DNA of 64,000 bases from Spirochaetia bacterium (GTDB taxonomy: Bacteria > Spirochaetota > Spirochaetia > SZUA-6 > Bin103), in the NCBI GenBank assembly GCA_965203055.1, contig OZ241863.1, positions 4,000,001 through 4,064,000 on the forward strand, in the 5' to 3' direction. The notes under the pieces are model-generated. The model made no database searches. It was given only the letters and a program-made list of their open reading frames with translations, and had not been told where the DNA came from. Both the position numbers and the translations under genes were made by a program. Position 1 is the stretch's first letter; each line of letters begins with the position of its first letter. This document shows positions 41,146 through 50,761 of this stretch, in pieces.

Positions 41146-43029
41146 TTGTCTTTGCAACCGCCCCGCAACGAATACCCGCGCCCGCAGTTCGCCCGCGAGG
41201 ATTGGCTCTGCCTCAACGGTTCCTGGCAGTTCGAGATCGACCAGGGAGACAGCGGCCTGGAGCGCGGGCTGCCGGAGCGCGATCTGAACGCCGTCATCAC
41301 GGTGCCGTTCTGTCCCGAGTCGCGGCTGTCGGGCATCGAAAACCACGACTTTCTCAACGCGGTCTGGTACCGGCGCCGCGTGACCATTCCGCCCGCCTGG
41401 GCGGGCCGGCGCGCGCTGCTGCACTTCCAGGCGGTGGACCACGACGCCACCGTGTGGGTCAACGGCGTCGAGGCCGGGCGCCACCGGGGCGGGTTCTCGC
41501 CTTTCAGTTGCGACCTGAGCGGCGTGGCCGCGGCCGGGGACGAGGCGGTGATCACGGTGCGCGCCCGCGACACCCGCGAGCGGCCGCAGCCGCGCGGCAA
41601 GCAGGCGCGGGATTACGCCCCGAGCGGCGCCATCTACGCGCGCACCACCGGCATCTGGCAGACGGTATGGATGGAGCCGGTGCCGGACCTCGCGCTACGC
41701 CGGCCGCGGTTGACGGCGGACTTGGCCAACGGCGTCATCCGCCTGGAGCAGCCGATCACCGGCAACGCGCCGGGCCTGCGCCTGCGCGCCACGCTGAGCG
41801 ACGCGCAGGGCGAAGTCGTCACCGCCGAGTGCGCCGCCGACCTGGACCTGGCGCCGCGTCTGGACCTGCCGGTCCCGGCCGCGCGGCGCCGGTTGTGGGC
41901 GCCCGGCACGCCGCATCTCTACGACGTGGCCATCGCCCTGCTCGATGGTGACGGCAACCTGGTCGACGCCGCGGCCTCGTACAGCGCCCTGCGCGCCGTG
42001 AGCATTGACGGCAAGGCGATCAAGCTCAACGGTGAAGTGGTGTTTCAACGTCTGGTGCTGGATCAGGGCTACTATCCGGACGGCATCATGACGGCGCCGT
42101 CGGACGCGGCGCTGCGCCGCGACATCGAATTGAGCATGGCGGCCGGCTTCAACGGCGCGCGCCTGCACCAGAAGGTGTTCGAGGAGCGCTTCCTCTACCA
42201 TGCCGACCGGCTCGGCTACCTGGTGTGGGGTGAGTTCGGCGACTGGGGCTGCCGCGGCGAAGGGCCGCTCGACGGCGAGCATCAGCAGCCGGGCGCGGAC
42301 TACGTTACCCAGTGGCTGGAGGTGCTGGAGCGGGACTATTCGCATCCGTGCATCGTCGGCTGGTGCCCGCTCAATGAGACCTGGCAGGCGCTCGGCGACC
42401 GTCTCACGGTACTGGACGACGTGACCCGCGGCATGTTCCTCGCCGCCAAGGCGATCGACACCAGCCGGCCGGTGCTGGACGCCTCCGGCTACGCGCACCG
42501 CGTCCCGGAGGCCGACGTCTACGACAGCCACGACTATTCCCAGGACCCGGACCAGTTGGCGCGGAACCAAGCCGGGCTGGCGCACGGCGCGCCCCACCGG
42601 AACAGCGCCGCCGCCTGGGGCATGCCGGCGCGGACCGCGGCGCGGCTGGCCGGCGCGCTGCAGTGGTCGATCGCCTACCGCGGGCAGCCCTACTTCGTCA
42701 GCGAGTTCGGCGGCATCTGGTGGAACCCGGATCTGGCCGCCGGCGAAGAGTCGTGGGGCTACGGCGAGCGCCCGCAGACCATCGAGGAGTTCTACCTCCG
42801 GTTCGAGCGGCTGTGCGCGGTGTTGCTCGACAATCCGGACATGTTCGGCTACTGCTACACCCAGCTCACCGACATCTACCAGGAGCAGAACGGCATCTAC
42901 AAGTTCGACCGTTCCGGCAAGTTCGACCTCGCGCGCCTGCGCGCCGCCCAACAGCGCCCGGCGGCCATCGCGCGGCGCGGCGCGGCGCCGCCCCGCGCCC
43001 CGCGCGCATCGGATATGGTCACCCCATGA
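41146..43029 (+). CDS. glycoside hydrolase family 2 (beta-galactosidase/glucuronidase-like)
   Basis: YPRPQF, LNGSWQF, LDQGYYPDG, WCPLNE and SEFGG. Confidence 0.9.
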   Translation: MSLQPPRNEYPRPQFAREDWLCLNGSWQFEIDQGDSGLERGLPERDLNAVITVPFCPESRLSGIENHDFLNAVWYRRRVTIPPAWAGRRALLHFQAVDHDATVWVNGVEAGRHRGGFSPFSCDLSGVAAAGDEAVITVRARDTRERPQPRGKQARDYAPSGAIYARTTGIWQTVWMEPVPDLALRRPRLTADLANGVIRLEQPITGNAPGLRLRATLSDAQGEVVTAECAADLDLAPRLDLPVPAARRRLWAPGTPHLYDVAIALLDGDGNLVDAAASYSALRAVSIDGKAIKLNGEVVFQRLVLDQGYYPDGIMTAPSDAALRRDIELSMAAGFNGARLHQKVFEERFLYHADRLGYLVWGEFGDWGCRGEGPLDGEHQQPGADYVTQWLEVLERDYSHPCIVGWCPLNETWQALGDRLTVLDDVTRGMFLAAKAIDTSRPVLDASGYAHRVPEADVYDSHDYSQDPDQLARNQAGLAHGAPHRNSAAAWGMPARTAARLAGALQWSIAYRGQPYFVSEFGGIWWNPDLAAGEESWGYGERPQTIEEFYLRFERLCAVLLDNPDMFGYCYTQLTDIYQEQNGIYKFDRSGKFDLARLRAAQQRPAAIARRGAAPPRAPRASDMVTP

Positions 43030-43859
43030 AGTCACTCGACGATCACTTGGCCGAGTTCAAGCGCGACGGGTTCACGCTGTTCCGGGGGCTGTTCGACACG
43101 GCGTGGGTAGAGGAGTTGCGGGCGGCGTTCGACGAGCTCGCCGGCCGCATCCCCGGCGCCGACGGCAGCCGCCCTTCGGTCGTGGTGGACGTGCTGGAAC
43201 ACAAGCCGGAGCTGGTGCTGCCGGCGTTGTCCAACGTCCGGCTGCTCGATTTCGCCGAGCTGGTGGTCGGCCCCCACGTCCAGCTCGAGTCGATCACCTA
43301 CCGGCGTACCGCGCCGCAGAGCGCGGCCGACGGCGACGTGTTGGGGTTCCATCGCGACATGTTCGCGTTCTTCCCCGAGGAGGGCGTCTATCACCGCCCG
43401 CTGCTGTTCAACGCCTTGACCTACCTGCAGGATCTGACCGACGAATCCGGGCCGTTGCGGATCATTCCGGGCTCGCACATGCGCGCCATGCGCATGACCC
43501 GAGCGGAGGCGCGGCGGCCGCATCCCGAGGAGGTGATCGTCTATCCGCAGGCCGGTGACGCCGCCGTGTTCCACTGCAGCATGCTCCATTCCGGGACCGC
43601 CAACCGCTCCCGGGACTACCGCTACCTGTTCTTCCTGACGCTCAACCATTCGTGGCTGAAGCACCGCGCGAACTACCGGGGACCGGTGTCGCAGGCAGTG
43701 ATCGCCGGAGCGCGGGCGCGCAACGACCGGCGCCTGCTGCGCCTGCTGGGGGTCGACGATCAATTCGTCCAGCGCGCCAATTGCGGCTTCCTGGAGCCGG
43801 ACGAGGAGAACTGGAAGCGCTGGATCGCCGACGACGCCGCGGCCCGCGCCGCGCCGTGA
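43026..43859 (+). CDS. phytanoyl-CoA dioxygenase (PhyH) family Fe(II)/2OG oxygenase
   Basis: FKRDGF, FHRD (HxD), IPGSH and LHSGTAN. Confidence 0.88.
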   Translation: MKSLDDHLAEFKRDGFTLFRGLFDTAWVEELRAAFDELAGRIPGADGSRPSVVVDVLEHKPELVLPALSNVRLLDFAELVVGPHVQLESITYRRTAPQSAADGDVLGFHRDMFAFFPEEGVYHRPLLFNALTYLQDLTDESGPLRIIPGSHMRAMRMTRAEARRPHPEEVIVYPQAGDAAVFHCSMLHSGTANRSRDYRYLFFLTLNHSWLKHRANYRGPVSQAVIAGARARNDRRLLRLLGVDDQFVQRANCGFLEPDEENWKRWIADDAAARAAP

Positions 43860-44099
43860 GTCAGCTTTGCCGGGCACTGCCACACGCTTCGTCCCGCCCC
43901 GGTCCTTTCGTTCGCCCTGGACGCGAACGAAAGCGCCCGGTACCATTAGCCAGCAGCCACCCTGAGGAGACCTTCGATGATTCGTTACATCGACACCGCT
44001 CGTACCATCAGCCTGCTCGCGGGATGGCCGTTCGTCGCCGGCCAGACCAAGAGGCTCCAAGGCTGGTTCGCGCGCGGCGCCCGCCGCCACGATAGGCGG

Positions 44100-44183
44100 G
44101 AGTATCAGGAGTCGCCGGTGCTGGTGGCCAGGGTGGCAGCGGGGGATCTGCCGCTGGTGGAGGAGCGGCTGCCAGCGGACCCG
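44100..44183 (+). pseudogene. fragment of a family-5 ABC substrate-binding protein gene
   Basis: EYQESPVLVARVAAGDLPLVEERLPADP resembles the E.P.L...V.AG.LPPVEERLP..P N-terminal motif of such proteins; no continuation is seen. Confidence 0.55.
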
Positions 44184-44282
44184 GCGGCGTGCGCGCCCCG
44201 GTGGAGGAGTCAGCACCTAACGGCGAACGGCCGACAGCCCGGAAAACTGGACATCGGCTAAACAGTTAGATCACTGACGGAG

Positions 44283-45068
44283 ATGATAGTTTTCAACAAT
44301 CCACCAGTAAGTGAAGTTGTAACAGCTACCTACTTTAGGCAACCTATAGTTGACTTAAGGAGCCAGCATGTCGGTCTTTTCTGGCAACGTATAAGGAATC
44401 TCTTTCCTGTCGCTCACCAGCAATTGCCGGTAGGAATAGGAGCTGACATCGGTCCTGACGAGCCATTTCCTATGCCTCGTTATTGGTTCATATCTGACGA
44501 TGATATCAGCCTTTTACAGATCCAAAAGAGTGCTTTCATTTTCAATTGGCGTCGTCGCGGTGACAATAGATATCCGCATTTCAACAAATCTATAAAGCCC
44601 ACATTCGACAGGCTCTATAGTGAATTTGAATCCTTTCTTGCGAAGGACATCGGCACACCTGATGTCCCTATAGATCTATGCGAATTGACATATGTAAACA
44701 CAATAGAGCAGTGTGACTACTGGACCGGACCGCGAGACACCGCCAAGGTGATTCCGTCGTTCGCCGCTGTCTATCCTGGTATAGAGGGTGTTTTCTGTTC
44801 AGACTTCAATTGCTTCTATACCTACAGCATCGATTCTGACCTACATCTTGGCATAGCCGTTCGTAGCGGGGTGGCGTCACGACCACCCAACGAACCGGTG
44901 CTTGTTTTTGAGATCAAAGCGAGCGCCAGGCTCGGCGGGGTTCATAAATCCGAAGCATATCGTTGGTTTGAACGCGCACACAGCAGCGTGTTCAAGTGTT
45001 TCGTGAAAATAACGCAAGAACAAGTCCAATATGATCATTGGGGACGTCGAGAACTGGAGGAAGAATGA
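44283..45068 (+). CDS. TIGR04255 family protein
   Basis: FNNPPVSEVV N-terminus, RYWF, LLQIQ...FNWRR, YPHF, ELTYVN and a C-terminal WFERAH...F; low GC. Confidence 0.85.
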   Translation: MIVFNNPPVSEVVTATYFRQPIVDLRSQHVGLFWQRIRNLFPVAHQQLPVGIGADIGPDEPFPMPRYWFISDDDISLLQIQKSAFIFNWRRRGDNRYPHFNKSIKPTFDRLYSEFESFLAKDIGTPDVPIDLCELTYVNTIEQCDYWTGPRDTAKVIPSFAAVYPGIEGVFCSDFNCFYTYSIDSDLHLGIAVRSGVASRPPNEPVLVFEIKASARLGGVHKSEAYRWFERAHSSVFKCFVKITQEQVQYDHWGRRELEEE

Positions 45069-45778
45069 CGACTGCGACGGCCGAGATCATTGCACCGCAA
45101 CACAGGCCTATCGGTTGGTCTATCGACCAAGCCTCCGATCGAAAGTCTATTCAGATCGAGAGTTTTTCAATGGGTCGTGCTCCAGATACTTATGTATATT
45201 TTGATCCCGTTACATGGTGCTTGACTCGTCCCACAGCAGAAGGATACGCCTCTGCGGACATACACACTTCACCGTTAGAGGCTAGCGTCCGCCGAAGCTA
45301 CTGGCGCTCATCGTCGCTTTCACAGATTTTCTCCGATCGTGTGACGGAGGAACTTGGGAAACGGACAGAGCCTCACCGGCAATTCATCGCGGAAGTTATA
45401 AATAGAAACCGGATGGCTTGGCGTAACCGTCGAGCTTACGAGTGTCGGATCGATGCACTAAGAGCCGATGCTGAACTTGACGATCTTACGATCAACGCAC
45501 ACTCCGAGCGGGATTTCTGGGACTTCATGAGGTCAGCATACGACCTGCCAAAAGCTATGCTTGCGCTAATGGAAAATGGTGATATTCGCGCCGTCTGGAA
45601 GGGAAGTGATTCGAGTCATATCGGTCTCCACTTCCTCGGACATGGCGAGGTCCAATACGTGATTTTCAAGCGTCGCTTATATAGCAGAAGAGTGTCACGC
45701 GTGGCCGGTATCGATGATTTCGGAGGGATCAAAAGGCAGATTGTGGCATTTGACGTCATCGCATCGATGAACCGATGA
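45065..45778 (+). CDS. hypothetical protein, second gene of the TIGR04255 operon
   Basis: GGAGG RBS and ATGA overlaps at both ends; 237-aa ORF in low-GC DNA. Confidence 0.75.
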   Translation: MTTATAEIIAPQHRPIGWSIDQASDRKSIQIESFSMGRAPDTYVYFDPVTWCLTRPTAEGYASADIHTSPLEASVRRSYWRSSSLSQIFSDRVTEELGKRTEPHRQFIAEVINRNRMAWRNRRAYECRIDALRADAELDDLTINAHSERDFWDFMRSAYDLPKAMLALMENGDIRAVWKGSDSSHIGLHFLGHGEVQYVIFKRRLYSRRVSRVAGIDDFGGIKRQIVAFDVIASMNR

Positions 45779-46218
45779 CTGGCAAAGACCTTCCGGACAC
45801 TGATCACGTTGTTCGATACGTGAAGTCCCGCGACATTCTCGAGGACGGCAACCTTAACTGTTCCGCCTTTCAACTGCGGCCAGGTGAATCCGGTTTGTCA
45901 GTGAATTGGATCGAGTACTTCAAGAATCTTACTAAGCCAGAGCAGATACATCAAATCAGGGGGCTGATTCGACTTAGCATGAGACCGAGTGGCCGACTCG
46001 CGGAGCTGAATGTGGGCGAGACTCGGCGGCACGTTGATTGCGCCCTCGGATTTGTTCACAGTCCTTTGCCTGCCGAGGATGCCTATGCCGCGGATCCTTC
46101 ACACAGTGAGGTCATAGGTTTGCCTGCAGGTGATTCCGCAGACGCGGAGTTGATTGGAGACATGATCGCCGAGTGTGTTGTTGCCGTTCACCCTGCAGTG
46201 GAACATGCTGCACAGTGA
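45775..46218 (+). CDS. hypothetical protein, possible ADP-ribosyltransferase-like fold
   Basis: ATGA-coupled; motif pattern VVRYV...SAF...GLSVNW...DPSHSEV. The fold is inference only. Confidence 0.7.
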   Translation: MTGKDLPDTDHVVRYVKSRDILEDGNLNCSAFQLRPGESGLSVNWIEYFKNLTKPEQIHQIRGLIRLSMRPSGRLAELNVGETRRHVDCALGFVHSPLPAEDAYAADPSHSEVIGLPAGDSADAELIGDMIAECVVAVHPAVEHAAQ

Positions 46219-46254
46219 TTTCGGGCGGTCGTTCCAGTGGAGCGAGCCTACGGA

Positions 46255-48495
46255 TCAGGCGCCGGGGCGCACGGTCACGAGGTATTCGTTGGCGGACACC
46301 GGCTGATCCGCGGCCTCGAGGCGCAGCCGGATCGTGTACCGCTCGGCGGCGCGTTCCGGGATCTGCCATGCCACCGCTCCCACTTCGGCGATGCCGTTCT
46401 CGGCGATGCCGCAGGCGATGCGGTCGCCGGCCAGCGCGCGGCCGGCGTCGTCGGTGACCTGCCAGTGCACGGCGAGCGCGCCGTACGGACGGGGAAAGTC
46501 GTTCACCACGTGCAGCGGCTTGCGCAACGCCGCGCCCGGCGTCTCGCCCTCCAGGTCGGGCCATTCCATCATCACGTGCAGCGGGCTGAACGCCTGCTTG
46601 AGGGTGTAGTACGCCTTCTTCTTCACGCCGTAGTAGTCCACCACCGACGCGGTGATCGCCGGCCAACAATCCTTGAAGTGGAAGAACAGGCAGCCGTTGC
46701 AGGGATCGAACTTGCGCCGGCGGTAGAATTCGACGTGGTACTTGTACAGGAACGCCTGATAGTCCTGGCTGTCGTCGATCAACTGCTGCAGGCTGCGCGG
46801 CTCGGGGATCCAGCGCCGCAGGATCTCGCCGTGCAGACAGCGGCGTTCCAACGCCTTCCAGTCGAGCGGCCATAGCTCTTCCTCAGACAGGAACTTGCGC
46901 AGCGACCCCAGGTTCGGCAGCGACTCCGGGGGGCCGAACTCGCCGATGAACTCCAGCAGGCGCCGCTTCTTGATGCGCAGGTCGGCCACCGAACCGCCCG
47001 CCGGCCCCTCGGAATCGGGCAGGGTGCGGAACGGCTTGATCAGATAGTTCATGTCGGGCGGGAACCAGCCGCACAACAGGTGGTAGTCGATCGGCCAGTC
47101 GTACTTGGTCGTGGCGGTCTCCCACTCCCACACGCAGGCGCCCTGCTGCAGGAACCTCGTCGAGTCCTCTTCACCGGCCGCGGTCACCAGCGCCAGGCAC
47201 AACTTCTCGAAGTTCTCCAGGCTCGGCTGCTCGCCCAGCGCCCAGGTAACGATCGACGGGTGATGATAGAGCTGGTTGACCATGTCGCGCGCCTGCGGCA
47301 CCGCCCGCCGGACCATGGCGCCAGAGTCGCTCAACGGCCCCTGCGCCGGAAAATCCTGCAGCACCAGCAGGCCGAGCTCGTCACAGACGTCATAGAACTC
47401 CTCCTTCTCCACCACGCAGTACACCCGCACCATGTTCATGTTGGCCTCGCGCATGAGGCGCACGTCGGCTTCGTACTTGGCGCGCGTCATGTTGGACTGC
47501 AGTTGCTCGGAGAGGTAGTTGGGCCCGCGGCAGAAGAGGCGCTTGCCGTTGAGGTAACATTCCCAGGTGCCCGGCACCTGCCGCAGGTGGCGCAGGCCGA
47601 TCCGGTCGCTCACCTCGTCCAGCACCTGGCCGCCCGCGCTGGCGGTGACGCGCACCTGATAGAGGTGCTGCGCGCCCAGGTCCCAGGGCCACCACCAGCG
47701 CGGTTCGGCCACCTCTACCCATAGCTCGTGCTCGGAGACACCCGGAACGAGGTCGACGCTCCCCGCCGCGGCGCCGCTTTCCGGCCCGGTGAAGTTGTCC
47801 GGCGCAACGCCGGCGCGCAACGCCACCCGCTTCGGCTCGCGGTCGGGGTTCACCAGCCTCACCTTGCAATGCACCCGCGCGCGGCCCGCCGGCACGTCGA
47901 CGTAGGGGGTGGCCTTGAGCCGGTCGATGGCTATCTCCCGGCTCTCCAGCAGGCGCACGTCGGCGAATATGCCGCCGGGATTGACGTCGAGGTTGTTGCA
48001 GTCCCAGTCCTGCAGCGCGCCCTTGACCACGTTCTTCTCGACGGGGCCGACCTTCACGTTGGCGTCCCGGGGAGACTCCACGCGCACTACCAGCAGATTC
48101 TCGCCGGCGCGGATCCAACGCGACGCGTCAAACGTGAAGTGATTGAAGAACCCTTCGTGGGAGCCGAGGTAGTAGCCGTTGATCCAGGCGTCGGCAAAGT
48201 AGTCCACGCCCTGGAAGTGGAGCCGCACTACCGCCGAGCGGCCGGCGCGGTAGTCGAACCGGGTCCGGTACCAGGCCACGCCGTTGTAGCGGTGTCCCTC
48301 CGCCTGCCAGCACGCCGGAACGGTAATCTCGCCCCAGTGCCGGTCGTCGAATTCCGGGGCGAAGAACTTGCACTCCTGCTGCGTGGCGCCAATGGTATTC
48401 CGCACCACGTCGGGGGAAACGTCGCCCATGCCGTCGGGATCGGTCTTGAACTTCCACCTCCCGTTCAACGAAATCTGCCGCCGGTGTCGTCTCAT
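46255..48495 (-). CDS. glycoside hydrolase family 2 (beta-mannosidase-like)
   Basis: ISLNGRWKF, GVDYFADAWING, RGPNY, NMNMVRV, HPSIVTW, GEFG and VVDYYG. Confidence 0.88.
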   Translation of the reverse strand: MRRHRRQISLNGRWKFKTDPDGMGDVSPDVVRNTIGATQQECKFFAPEFDDRHWGEITVPACWQAEGHRYNGVAWYRTRFDYRAGRSAVVRLHFQGVDYFADAWINGYYLGSHEGFFNHFTFDASRWIRAGENLLVVRVESPRDANVKVGPVEKNVVKGALQDWDCNNLDVNPGGIFADVRLLESREIAIDRLKATPYVDVPAGRARVHCKVRLVNPDREPKRVALRAGVAPDNFTGPESGAAAGSVDLVPGVSEHELWVEVAEPRWWWPWDLGAQHLYQVRVTASAGGQVLDEVSDRIGLRHLRQVPGTWECYLNGKRLFCRGPNYLSEQLQSNMTRAKYEADVRLMREANMNMVRVYCVVEKEEFYDVCDELGLLVLQDFPAQGPLSDSGAMVRRAVPQARDMVNQLYHHPSIVTWALGEQPSLENFEKLCLALVTAAGEEDSTRFLQQGACVWEWETATTKYDWPIDYHLLCGWFPPDMNYLIKPFRTLPDSEGPAGGSVADLRIKKRRLLEFIGEFGPPESLPNLGSLRKFLSEEELWPLDWKALERRCLHGEILRRWIPEPRSLQQLIDDSQDYQAFLYKYHVEFYRRRKFDPCNGCLFFHFKDCWPAITASVVDYYGVKKKAYYTLKQAFSPLHVMMEWPDLEGETPGAALRKPLHVVNDFPRPYGALAVHWQVTDDAGRALAGDRIACGIAENGIAEVGAVAWQIPERAAERYTIRLRLEAADQPVSANEYLVTVRPGA

Positions 48496-48559
48496 TTACC
48501 TACTATTCGTTTCGCGAGCGGTTCTTGTCAAACCTGCTCCGGCGGTGCAGACTGACGGC

Positions 48560-48865
48560 ATGACGGCGAGCCCACCGGCGCGCGGCACGCTCCGGCAGAA
48601 GCTGCTGGTGCTGTACACGGCCAACTCCAGTCCCGATACCGAGGTGATCGCCTGGTCGCTCTACGACGGGGCCAGCGACCGGACCTACGAAGCCGCCGGC
48701 GACGCCGTGCCTCCCTACGCCAGCGTCCTCGCTGCGATGCGCGACGGCTGGCGGGTGATCAAGTACCCTGATCTGCGGCCGCCGAGTCCCGGCCAGGAGT
48801 ACGATCTTTCCTACCTGGAATTCGAATTCGTGCTCGAGAAACTGGAGTCGATCGATGACCAATGA
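48560..48865 (+). CDS. small hypothetical protein coupled to PhyH dioxygenase
   Basis: RQKLLVLY...WSLYDG...PPYASVLAAMRDGWRVI...EFVLEK; overlaps the next gene by 11 bp. Confidence 0.72.
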   Translation: MTASPPARGTLRQKLLVLYTANSSPDTEVIAWSLYDGASDRTYEAAGDAVPPYASVLAAMRDGWRVIKYPDLRPPSPGQEYDLSYLEFEFVLEKLESIDDQ

Positions 48866-49721
48866 TCCCGCTGACCACGCCTCCGGCGACCTGCGGCTGA
48901 CCAGCCGCGAGATGGCGCGCTTCGTCCGCGACGGGTTTCTGCGCTTCGACGACCTGGCGCCGCGCGACTTGTGCGCCGCGGCGTTGGCCGAGATCGAAGC
49001 CGGCGACCACCGCGCCCGGGCCCAGGCCGGGGCGCCGTTCCGCGAGCTCTGGACTGCGCCCGAGTCGGCGCTGGGGCAAGTGTTCCGGCTGCCGCGCGTG
49101 GCGGCGATCATCACCAGCCTGGTGGGGCCCGACCCGCGCTACGACCATCATGCCGCGCACCTGACCCCGGCGCACACCCGGATGGGCGCCAACCTGCACC
49201 AGGACGCGGAGTACGACGTGCGCCGCCTGCACTTCGACCTGCAGATCTCCTTCTTTCCCGCCGACACCCCGGCGGCCGCGGGAGGCACGCTGTTCCTGCC
49301 CGGCAGCCAGTTCCGGCGGGTGTACGAGTCGACCACCCGCCGCTACCAGGACGTGCTCGGCCAGGTGCAGGCGGTGTGCGGCGCCGGCGCCATGTTCTTC
49401 TGGCATACCAACGTGTGGCACGCGGCGCGCAGCAATCACACCGACCGCGACCGCTACATGTTCAAGCTGCGCCTCAACCCCACGGTGCGCCAGCAGCGGC
49501 TGTGGAATACCAGCGACCTGGAAGATACCCGGACCCGGAACGACGTCGCGCAGATCCTCAGCGAGTCGATCCCGTGGCACGGCCAGCGGCACCGCATCGA
49601 GGTGATGAACCGCATCCGGCTGTGGCGCTACCTGACCGGCGACCCCGACTTCGACGTCGCCTTCTGGTGGTCGCGGATCGAGAACACCCCCGAGACCCTC
49701 TACCGCGGCCAGCGCGCCTGA
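48855..49721 (+). CDS. phytanoyl-CoA dioxygenase (PhyH) family protein
   Basis: FVRDGF, LHQD, GGTLFLPGS and WHAARSN. Confidence 0.85.
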   Translation: MTNDPADHASGDLRLTSREMARFVRDGFLRFDDLAPRDLCAAALAEIEAGDHRARAQAGAPFRELWTAPESALGQVFRLPRVAAIITSLVGPDPRYDHHAAHLTPAHTRMGANLHQDAEYDVRRLHFDLQISFFPADTPAAAGGTLFLPGSQFRRVYESTTRRYQDVLGQVQAVCGAGAMFFWHTNVWHAARSNHTDRDRYMFKLRLNPTVRQQRLWNTSDLEDTRTRNDVAQILSESIPWHGQRHRIEVMNRIRLWRYLTGDPDFDVAFWWSRIENTPETLYRGQRA

Positions 49722-49746
49722 CCTTGAGGCCCGGCCGGCGCCGCCG

Positions 49747-50646
49747 CTATCCGCCGCCGGCCGCGGCCGGGCGCCGGTCCCGGAATCGTTCCAGCGGATA
49801 GTACTCGTAGAGCATGGTAATGGCTCCCAGGTCGGGCGGGACGTCCCAGCCGAGGCGCAGCACTACCGGCAGTTGCCGCTCCTCCCCCGGCGCGAAGGTG
49901 TCCTCGAAGAAGCAGAAGCACTGCAGCAACTCGGCATGCAGGTACGCCGCGGGGGGCTCCAGCAGGTGGCCGGCCTTGGCCGTGATCGTGTCCGCGGAGA
50001 GGTTGCGGACGTGGAATACGGCGGACCCGGTCTCGCCCGGTTTCAGGGTGACGTGATCCGGCTCCACCGAGAACGCGAAGGGCAGCTCCTCGCGCACTTC
50101 GGCGCGGAACTGAATCACGTAGCCGACGGCCCAATCCAGGAACACCTTCCAGCGCTCCTGCTCGCGCACCAGCTCCACCGGTTCGCTGAACTCGATCACC
50201 GGCAGCGCGCCGGCGCGGCCGCGGCGGCGCAGCTCGGCGCGGCGCGCGCGCAGCGTGGCGGCGGCGGCATCGCCGGCGCCGTGCAGCAGGCCGCGGAGCT
50301 CGGGATGATTCGCGTTCGGCGCGGCGCCATGCACGGTAACGACGCCGCTGCTGCCTTGCAGGTCGCTGTCGACGCTGCGGATCTCGATGAACCGGGCCAG
50401 CTCGCCGATCAGTTCCCGGAACTCGGCGGGCAATTGCGGGTGGCTGGCCAGATGCTGCTCACGCGTGCGCCAGCGGCGATCGGCGGCGGACGCCAAGTCA
50501 TACACCGCCGCCGCATCGTTGACGTAGCGCGCGCGCAGCAGCCGGGTCGCCACCTGTTCGGCGGACGGCGCGCGCACCGCCAGAAAGGCGCCGCCGCCGG
50601 CAGCCAATACCACAGCGGCCGCCGCTATGGGGAGCAGTCGATTCAC
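49747..50646 (-). CDS. cytochrome c oxidase assembly protein CtaG/Cox11-like with extra N-terminal domain
   Basis: C-terminal LQCFCFFE copper-binding motif and ITMLYEYY; N-terminal membrane anchor; GTG start at 50646 inferred. Confidence 0.75.
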   Translation of the reverse strand: MNRLLPIAAAAVVLAAGGGAFLAVRAPSAEQVATRLLRARYVNDAAAVYDLASAADRRWRTREQHLASHPQLPAEFRELIGELARFIEIRSVDSDLQGSSGVVTVHGAAPNANHPELRGLLHGAGDAAAATLRARRAELRRRGRAGALPVIEFSEPVELVREQERWKVFLDWAVGYVIQFRAEVREELPFAFSVEPDHVTLKPGETGSAVFHVRNLSADTITAKAGHLLEPPAAYLHAELLQCFCFFEDTFAPGEERQLPVVLRLGWDVPPDLGAITMLYEYYPLERFRDRRPAAAGGG

Positions 50647-50761
50647 GCCGCCCCCTATGATACGGCATTCCCGCCGCCGGCGTCCGTCTCGACCGAGGAA
50701 GGACGGTTCGTTGACGGCGGTTCGGGGGGGTTGGTACAGTGCCGGGACCTGGGAGGCGCCA

